64,000 nt of DNA from Candidatus Omnitrophota bacterium (lineage in GTDB: Bacteria > CAIJMQ01): positions 70,957 through 134,956 of the forward strand of contig JAHJCU010000005.1 in NCBI GenBank assembly GCA_018812925.1, read 5' to 3'. Positions within the stretch are counted from its first letter, which is position 1. The number at the start of each line of letters is the position of its first letter. The notes below the pieces were generated by a model. The model made no database searches. It worked only from the letters and a program-made list of their open reading frames with translations, and was not told the DNA's origin. Of the stretch, positions 57,339-64,000 are shown one piece after another. The translations under genes and the position numbers were made by a program.

Positions 57339-59759
57339 ATGCCGGAAATTATCAAGCAGGTAAACATCGAAGAAGAGATGAAAACGTCCTATTTGGACTA
57401 TGCTATGAGCGTCATAGTAGCGCGCGCTTTGCCTGATGTAAGAGACGGCTTAAAACCTGTTCATAGAAGAATTTTATTCGCTATGCGTGACTTGAGCCTC
57501 TTCCCTAATCGTCCTTTCAGGAAATGCGCTAAAATCACGGGCGATGTATCCGGAAATTACCATCCTCACGGCGCAGATATCGTATATCCTTCGCTTGTTA
57601 GGTTGGCCCAAGATTTTTCTATGAGATATCCGCTTGTAACAGGACAGGGAAATTTTGGCTCAATTGATGGCGACCCACCTGCAGCTATGCGTTATACTGA
57701 AGCGAAAATGTCGCATTTAGCCGTAGAAATGTTGGAAGATATAGAACAGGAAACAGTAGATTTTGCTTCCAATTATGACGGAACTTGTCTTGAGCCGGTA
57801 GTTCTTCCTTCTAAAATTCCAAATTTGCTTCTAAACGGTTCATCAGGAATTGCCGTTGGAATGGCAACTTCTATTCCGCCTCATAATCTAACGGAAATCA
57901 CTAAGGGTTTAGTGTTGCTTTTGGAAAATCCCAAAGTAACTACTGAAGAAATTATGAAACTTGTCACAGGTCCCGACTTTCCCACAGGCGGAATCATTCA
58001 AGGGAGAAACGGTATAAATGACGCTTATTCGACAGGCAGGGGATTAGTAAGAGTTCGAGGTAAAGCTTTCATAGAAGGAGAAGAAGACGAAAAGCGAAAG
58101 ATAGTTATTTCCGAAATTCCTTACATGACAAATAAGGCGCGGCTTGTAACATCAATTTCCGAATTGGTAAGAGAGAAAAAAATTGAAGGAATATCAGATC
58201 TCAGAGACGAATCCGATAAAGACGGAATGAGAATCGTTCTGGAGATAAAAAGAGGTAAAGAACCGCAAGTCGTTTTGAATAAACTTTATCAGCATACTGC
58301 TCTTCAAACGACTTTTGGAATTATTCTTTTGGCATTGGTCGACAGAAGACCCAGAATCCTGCCGCTTAAGGATGTGATGGCGGATTTTCTATCTCACAGA
58401 GAAGAAGTGGTAAAACGGCGAACCGCCTTTCAATTAAGAAAAGCAAAAGAAAGAGCGCACATATTAGAAGGGTTAAAAATAGCGTTAAAAAATTTGGACG
58501 AAATAATTAAACTCATCAAGGGTTCTCAAAACGCAGAAATCGCAAGAGAGAACTTAATCAAATCTTTTGACCTTTCTCAAATCCAAGCCCAATCGATTCT
58601 GGATATGAGATTGCAGCGGCTTACAGGTCTTGAGAGAAAGAAAATAGAGGAAGATTATTTGGCTGTTATAAAAGAAATCGTCCGACTTGAATCGCTGCTT
58701 GCTTCGTCTGTTCAAATAAGAAGTGTAATCAAGGAAGAATTAATCTACCTTCAGGAAAAATACGGTGATGAAAGAAGAACTAAGATTGTGGATGCACAGC
58801 CGATGTTAAACGATGAAGATTTTATTGAAGAAGAAGACATGGTTGTTACGATTTCTAAACAGGGTTATATAAAACGTCTTCCTCTTAACACTTATAGGAC
58901 GCAGGGAAGAGGCGGAAAGGGAATTATCGGCGCCGGCACCAAAGAAGAAGATTTCATAGAGGATATATTCATTGCGTCAACTCATGATTATATACTCTGC
59001 TTTTCTAATTTGGGGAAAGTTTATTGGATAAAAGTATACGAAATCCCGCAGGCGGGAAGATTATCAAAAGGACAAGCAGTAGTAAACTTTTTGAAACTTC
59101 CAGATGAAGAGAGAATAACCGCGTTTTTATCGGTTAAAAATTTTTCCCAAGAGGGATATGTTTTCATGGTAACAAGACGTGGCAAAGTTAAAAAGACACC
59201 TTTGTCAAATTTCTCCCATCCGCGCACCACGGGAATAATAGCATTGGGATTGGAAAAAGATGACGAGCTTATAGGCGTTGACCTTATAAAAGGCGACGAG
59301 GATATATTAATCGCGACCAAAAACGGCAGAGCGATTCGATTCTCCGGCAAACAAGTCCGTTCTATGGGAAGAACAGCAAAAGGAGTTCGAGGTATAAGAC
59401 TAAAACCCAAAGACGAAGTTGTGGGCAGAGAAATAGTAAAAGAAGACGAATCGCTTCTTGTAGTCACCAGCAAAGGTTTCGGTAAAAAATCTACATATGA
59501 GCTATATCCAAAAAGGGGTAGAGGCGGAAGTGGTGTAATTAACATAAGACAATGCAAGAGAAATGGTGAAGTCATAAGCATTGCCGGAATAAAAAAGACC
59601 GACCATATGCTGATAGTGACACAAAACGGCAAGATTATCCGAATGGATAGCGCTTCGATGAGAAATATCAGCCGCAACACAATGGGTGTGCGTTTGGTGT
59701 CTCTTGGCGAGGGCGATTGTATCTCATCCTTTACGATTGTTAAGGAAGAAGAAGTATGA
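57339..59759 (+). CDS. gyrA: DNA gyrase subunit A
   Basis: RALPDVRDGLKPV, YHPHG, AAMRYTE, GyrA-box QGRGGKG. Confidence 0.97.
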   Translation: MPEIIKQVNIEEEMKTSYLDYAMSVIVARALPDVRDGLKPVHRRILFAMRDLSLFPNRPFRKCAKITGDVSGNYHPHGADIVYPSLVRLAQDFSMRYPLVTGQGNFGSIDGDPPAAMRYTEAKMSHLAVEMLEDIEQETVDFASNYDGTCLEPVVLPSKIPNLLLNGSSGIAVGMATSIPPHNLTEITKGLVLLLENPKVTTEEIMKLVTGPDFPTGGIIQGRNGINDAYSTGRGLVRVRGKAFIEGEEDEKRKIVISEIPYMTNKARLVTSISELVREKKIEGISDLRDESDKDGMRIVLEIKRGKEPQVVLNKLYQHTALQTTFGIILLALVDRRPRILPLKDVMADFLSHREEVVKRRTAFQLRKAKERAHILEGLKIALKNLDEIIKLIKGSQNAEIARENLIKSFDLSQIQAQSILDMRLQRLTGLERKKIEEDYLAVIKEIVRLESLLASSVQIRSVIKEELIYLQEKYGDERRTKIVDAQPMLNDEDFIEEEDMVVTISKQGYIKRLPLNTYRTQGRGGKGIIGAGTKEEDFIEDIFIASTHDYILCFSNLGKVYWIKVYEIPQAGRLSKGQAVVNFLKLPDEERITAFLSVKNFSQEGYVFMVTRRGKVKKTPLSNFSHPRTTGIIALGLEKDDELIGVDLIKGDEDILIATKNGRAIRFSGKQVRSMGRTAKGVRGIRLKPKDEVVGREIVKEDESLLVVTSKGFGKKSTYELYPKRGRGGSGVINIRQCKRNGEVISIAGIKKTDHMLIVTQNGKIIRMDSASMRNISRNTMGVRLVSLGEGDCISSFTIVKEEEV

Positions 59760-59852
59760 TTTTTAACAACGGTTATCGGAAAAGAGAAAGACGGTGTTCG
59801 GTTTTCGCAGTAACGATAACCGAAAACCTATAACCGTTTTCTTTTTTTTGAA

Positions 59853-60269
59853 ATGGGTACCTACCACCTAATCGACCACACTGCTGACATCGGCATTTTT
59901 ATTGAAGGGAAAGATTTAAAAGACCTGTTTTCAACTGCTGCTTATGCGATGTTTTCGCAGATGTTTGATTTGGATAAGCTCGAAGAGAAAGAAAAAAAGA
60001 AAATAGAACTTGAAGGCGCGAATTTAGAAGACTTGCTCATTAGATGGCTAAATGAGTTATTATTTCTTTCGGATAGTGGTTATATATTCAAACAATTTAA
60101 TATAGAAATACTGCAACAAAACTCTCTTTCCGCAACTGTAAAAGGCGAAAAAATAGATTTTCAAAAAACATCTCTAAAACAACAAATCAAAGCCGCAACT
60201 TATCATCAGTTGGAAATCAAAAAAGCGGATTCAGGAAACTTGCAGGCAACAATTATCTTCGATGTGTAA
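59853..60269 (+). CDS. Archease
   Basis: DHTADIG, WLNELLF, IKAATYH, IFDV C-terminus. Confidence 0.93.
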   Translation: MGTYHLIDHTADIGIFIEGKDLKDLFSTAAYAMFSQMFDLDKLEEKEKKKIELEGANLEDLLIRWLNELLFLSDSGYIFKQFNIEILQQNSLSATVKGEKIDFQKTSLKQQIKAATYHQLEIKKADSGNLQATIIFDV

Positions 60270-60297
60270 TCTTCAAACTTACAACTTATAACTTTTT

Positions 60298-61557
60298 TTA
60301 CGTTCCCATATCCCAAGAAGCAAGATATTCCTCTTGCTCTGGAGTGAGAACATCTATGGCGGTATTCATAGATTCCAATTTAAGCCGGGCTATTTCGTCG
60401 TCAATTTCTTTGGGAACGGGATAAACCTTGTTTTTAAAAGTCCCCGCCTTGTTCTTTATATACTCGCAGGAAAGTGCCTGATTTGCAAAACTCATATCCA
60501 TAACCTCGGAAGGATGGCCTTCGGCACAAGCTAAATTGACAAGCCTTCCTTCACCTAAAAGATGGATTTTATTGCCATTTTCTAAAGTATATTCATCAAT
60601 AAAACCTCTGATTCTTCTTTTTCCCTTCGAAATTTTTTCCAATTTTTCGATATCTATTTCAACATTGAAATGACCTGAGTTTGATAAGATAGCACCATCT
60701 TTCATCGCCATAAAATGTTCTTCTCGGACAACATGTAAATCCCCCGTAGCAGTTACTATGACATCTGCAGTTGGGCAAGCTTCAATAAGAGTTTTCACTT
60801 CAAATCCATCCATAATTGCTTCCAACGCTTTTAGGGGGGAAACTTCGGTAACAGTAACTCTTGCACCCAATCCTTTAGCGCGAGAGGCAATTCCTCTGCC
60901 GCACCATCCATACCCACATACGACAAACCTACTTCCTGCTAAAAGTTTATTCGTAGCTCTCAAGATTCCATCAATTGTACTCTGTCCTGTACCGTAACGG
61001 TTATCAAACAGATACTTGGTATTAGCATCATTGACTGAAACGAGAGGATAGGGGAGTTTTCCGTCTTTTTCCATTGCCTTCATCCTAATAACACCTGTCG
61101 TTGTCTCTTCACTTCCTCCAATCATATTAGGAAGAAGTTCTTTGCGGGATGAATGCAAGGTTGAAACTAAATCAGCACCGTCATCCATAGTATATTGAAG
61201 CCCGCTATCCAAAACTTTTTGTATATGCTGATAGTAGGAATCTCTGTCTTCACCCTTAATAGCGAATACGGGAATCTGGTAATCTTTCACTAAAGATGCA
61301 GCAACCTCATCTTGCGTGGAAAGCGGATTTGAAGCGCAAAGTTCAACAGATGCGCCGCCCTCTTTTAACGTAATCATTAAATTTGCAGTTTCACTTGTTA
61401 CATGAAGACACGCCCCGATTTTCAAATCTTTAAGTGGCTTTTCTTTTTTGAATCGTTCTCTTATCAATGCAAGAACAGGCATTCTTTTATTAGCCCATTC
61501 TATTTTTAACTTACCTTCCTCGGCAAGACTGATATCTTTTATATCATAATCCATCAT
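60298..61557 (-). CDS. ahcY: Adenosylhomocysteinase
   Basis: [43 protein letters not shown]. Confidence 0.97.
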   Translation of the reverse strand: MMDYDIKDISLAEEGKLKIEWANKRMPVLALIRERFKKEKPLKDLKIGACLHVTSETANLMITLKEGGASVELCASNPLSTQDEVAASLVKDYQIPVFAIKGEDRDSYYQHIQKVLDSGLQYTMDDGADLVSTLHSSRKELLPNMIGGSEETTTGVIRMKAMEKDGKLPYPLVSVNDANTKYLFDNRYGTGQSTIDGILRATNKLLAGSRFVVCGYGWCGRGIASRAKGLGARVTVTEVSPLKALEAIMDGFEVKTLIEACPTADVIVTATGDLHVVREEHFMAMKDGAILSNSGHFNVEIDIEKLEKISKGKRRIRGFIDEYTLENGNKIHLLGEGRLVNLACAEGHPSEVMDMSFANQALSCEYIKNKAGTFKNKVYPVPKEIDDEIARLKLESMNTAIDVLTPEQEEYLASWDMGT

Positions 61558-61692
61558 TTACTCCTTTTATTGATTAAACAATAATTTTGAATTTGATTTT
61601 TAACACAAAAGATTGATGTCTGTCAAAAGGACATCTGATTATTATTTCCTGTAAAATTTTTTCCATAATTCACAAATACCTTAGCCATAATT

Positions 61693-62193
61693 TTAAAATT
61701 GTAATTTCTGAATTAATCCTATCCCTGCAATTGAAAGAACGGTTACGGTTATACCCGCAAGTAGTATACCTATAAGAATTGCTATAACCGAATATTTGAA
61801 TCTGATTTTGAAAAGCATTGCTGCTACGCAACCTGTCCAAGCTCCTGTTAAAGGAAATGGGATTGCAACAAAAAGCGCCAATCCTATTGCTTCGTATTTT
61901 TCAACTATTTTCGCTTTTCTCTTTGTCCTTTCAAAAAACCAGTCGAAAAATTTCTTGAATGGTCTCCATTTGCTTAAGAATTCGCTGGCGGGTTTCAAGA
62001 AAAGAAGAAGAGGTATTACCGAAATGAAATTTCCCAAAACCGCCAAGAAAAAACTTTTTAGAACCGAAAAATTATAAAGGGCAAGCCCTACGGGTATTCC
62101 TCCTCTTAATTCTGATATCGGCAATGCAGAAATAATCATTACGATTAATTCTTCCGGCAGTCCTTGTAACACTTGAATTATCTTCTCTATCAT
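61693..62193 (-). CDS. Small multidrug export protein (COG2426)
   Basis: LPISELRGGIP, FVAIPFPLTGAWTG. Confidence 0.9.
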   Translation of the reverse strand: MIEKIIQVLQGLPEELIVMIISALPISELRGGIPVGLALYNFSVLKSFFLAVLGNFISVIPLLLFLKPASEFLSKWRPFKKFFDWFFERTKRKAKIVEKYEAIGLALFVAIPFPLTGAWTGCVAAMLFKIRFKYSVIAILIGILLAGITVTVLSIAGIGLIQKLQF

Positions 62194-62217
62194 AAAAATT
62201 ACTTTTATTAAAGATTA

Positions 62218-62280
62218 CCCCTAGAAACGCATAGCATTTCAGGGACTAAGTCCTCGGAATCTTGCTAAGATTCCAGAGGG
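62218..62280 (+). repeat. Family A module in AAGATT heptamer scaffold (scaffold continues to about 62336)
   Basis: CCCCTA GAAACGC/GCATTTC A GGGACT/AGTCCT C GGAATCTT/AAGATTCC AGAGGG. Confidence 0.9.
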
Positions 62281-62338
62281 AAAATTTAAGATTCGAGATT
62301 TTAAGAATCTTTAATCTTCAATCTTGAATTTTGAATGT

Positions 62339-62992
62339 TTATTTATCCCATCCGTGTTTTCCTATTAAGGGCACAAATGTGCATCCACAAATTGTTTTTG
62401 TTATTAATTCTCCTTTTATTTTTTCCCCGAGGATTAAATCTTGAGAAAAGGGCCCCCCTATTGGAATGACGATTCGGCCGTTTTCAGAGAGTTGTTTAAT
62501 CAAAGGTTCTGGAATTTTGGGCGAACCTGCCGTTACTATAATGCCGTTATAAGGAGCATATTCGCTCCAACCTTCACTTCCGTCGCCCACTTTCACTTTT
62601 ATATTCTGGTATCCCAATTCTTTAAACATTTCTTCAGCTTTTAAAGCAAGAGATTCTATTTTTTCCACAGTATAAACTTCTTTTGCGGTTTTGCTTAAAA
62701 CGGCCGTCTGATATCCCGAACCTGTTCCAATCTCCAAAACTTTTTCGTGTTCTTTAAGCCGAAGCAATTCTGTCATTAAAGCTACCATATAGGGTTGAGA
62801 AATAGTTTGTCCTTCTCCTATGGGAAGAGGAAAATCTTCATATGCGCACGACCTTTGTTGTTCTGAAACGAAAAGATGTCTTGGTATTTGCCCCATAACT
62901 TCCAGGAGTTTTTCGTCTTTTATTCCCCTTGTTTTTAGCTGAACTTCCACCATATTTTCTCGTAATATTTTGTAATCTTCTTTATTAAACAT
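62339..62992 (-). CDS. pcm: Protein-L-isoaspartate O-methyltransferase
   Basis: PRHLFV, GQTISQPYMVA, LEIGTGSGYQ, FVPLIG. Confidence 0.96.
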   Translation of the reverse strand: MFNKEDYKILRENMVEVQLKTRGIKDEKLLEVMGQIPRHLFVSEQQRSCAYEDFPLPIGEGQTISQPYMVALMTELLRLKEHEKVLEIGTGSGYQTAVLSKTAKEVYTVEKIESLALKAEEMFKELGYQNIKVKVGDGSEGWSEYAPYNGIIVTAGSPKIPEPLIKQLSENGRIVIPIGGPFSQDLILGEKIKGELITKTICGCTFVPLIGKHGWDK

Positions 62993-63045
62993 AATATAGT
63001 CAATAAAGAATAGCAAGTAAAAATAAAAAACTATCTTTATCTTTT

Positions 63046-63771
63046 TTATAGATTTTTCAGGACAAATCTAAAAAATCTTAAAGTATCAATAAACGGATTG
63101 ATTTTGCTTCTTTTTGTAGATTCTGCCAAATAAACTGTGGAAATGGGAATTTCTTTGATTTTGAAACCCTTACGCGCGGCTTTTATTATTACTTCGGATT
63201 CTATTTCGAAATTGGAAGTGGAGAGCTCTATTTTTTTAAGCGCATCGGTTGATATGAGCCTAAAACCTGACTGGCTATCAGAAACACTAGATCTGCTCAA
63301 GACAGAAGTAATAAAAGAAGTGAAATGATTTGTAGCATATCGTATAAAGGGCATACCCGCCTGCTTTTTGGAAGATGGCAGGTCTTTGCATTGCATCCCA
63401 CCACTAATACGATGGCGGGCAAGCATCCTTGAACCGACCACAATATCAGCGTCGCCTTTTTTATATGCTTCTATAAAATTGGGGATTTCACTATATTTAT
63501 GTTGTCCGTCACCGTCTAGGGTTATAACGGCGCCGTAATCTTTGCTTTTTATATAAGAAAAACCTGTTCTTAATGCAGCGCCTTTGCCTTTGTTTTTTTC
63601 ATGCCTTAGGACAATTGCGCCTGCTTTTTTGGCTTCTTCATATGTATTATCAACTGATCCGTCATCAACCACAATTACGTCGGAAATTCCTTCTACTTCG
63701 CGAATTTGTAAAATTAGCTGCCCTATTCTTTCTTTCTCGTTATAAGCTGCAATTAACGCGCATATCTTCAT
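63046..63771 (-). CDS. Glycosyltransferase family 2 (DPM/polyprenol-phosphate type) with two hairpin insertions
   Basis: VVDDGSVD, GKGAAL, LDGDGQH, DSQSGFR; hairpins at 63356-63382 and 63397-63420. Confidence 0.9.
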   Translation of the reverse strand: MKICALIAAYNEKERIGQLILQIREVEGISDVIVVDDGSVDNTYEEAKKAGAIVLRHEKNKGKGAALRTGFSYIKSKDYGAVITLDGDGQHKYSEIPNFIEAYKKGDADIVVGSRMLARHRISGGMQCKDLPSSKKQAGMPFIRYATNHFTSFITSVLSRSSVSDSQSGFRLISTDALKKIELSTSNFEIESEVIIKAARKGFKIKEIPISTVYLAESTKRSKINPFIDTLRFFRFVLKNL

Positions 63772-63780
63772 AATATTTTT

Positions 63781-63877
63781 CCGCCTACTTGTTTTGCATC
63801 AAAGCGGGCAAGGAAATAAATTGCCTTTCTACTATGTATTTCCAAGTATTTCCACATATTTCTACCGTATATCTATT
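63781..63877. repeat. Degenerate family B module followed by 10-nt-periodic half array
   Basis: CCGCCTAC..GCGGGCAAGG; TATGTATTTC-type units. Confidence 0.6.
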
Positions 63878-63888
63878 TTATTTTTTGT

Positions 63889-64000
63889 CTACCAGACCTC
63901 TTCAAAAACACACCATTGTTCGGGATAAAGACGGACATATTTTTCTATTACCGTAGCTATTTTCTGCGTGTTAATTCTGATAAATTCCTCTTTATCTTTA
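63889..64000 (-). CDS. C-terminus of a lysophospholipid / lipid A (LpxL-type) acyltransferase, truncated by window edge
   Basis: Minus strand ..IATVIEKYVRLYPEQWCVFEEVW*. Confidence 0.7.
   Translation of the reverse strand, partial: KDKEEFIRINTQKIATVIEKYVRLYPEQWCVFEEVW

Noticed and set aside
7013..59680. Numerous long antisense or alternate-frame ORFs (for example 7013-7552, 31501-31986, 42180-42653, 59021-59680)
   Set aside because: Shadows of well-identified genes with no motifs or RBS.

Overview
AT-rich bacterial chromosome segment from a diderm (hldD, TolC, acyltransferase). DUF1559-type prepilin-like genes suggest a PVC-related candidate lineage such as Ratteibacteria or Omnitrophota; this is inference only. 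Most of the window is housekeeping (queA, fhs, alaS, nadB, argS, lipB, pilT/U, gatCAB, thrS, pnp, dut, pyrK/D, ispDF, serS, rtcB, gyrA, archease, ahcY, pcm), with four tRNAs, an arsenic-resistance cluster and a MacAB-TolC-like exporter. The most striking signal is a hierarchical system of very small structured repeats. 7-nt and 10-nt periodic inverted-repeat scaffolds and GTCATTG..CAATGAC palindromes host smaller hairpin or cloverleaf modules (families A, B and C). These insert precisely (empty-site homologues are visible in the window), nest inside one another, show stem covariation, and sit in-frame in about ten protein-coding genes; pyrK alone carries three insertions. Other highlights: a tRNA-bracketed islet with an AbrB/VapC pair overlapping a 784-aa GHKL (MORC-like) ATPase and a small gene enclosed by an 18-bp inverted repeat; a PEP-carboxykinase homologue that appears to lack its catalytic residues; an rsfS that seems to need a non-canonical (ATT/ATC) start; an archaeal-type ArgRS with HIGR; and an orphan V-ATPase D subunit. 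All assignments come from motif recognition by eye, with no database searches.
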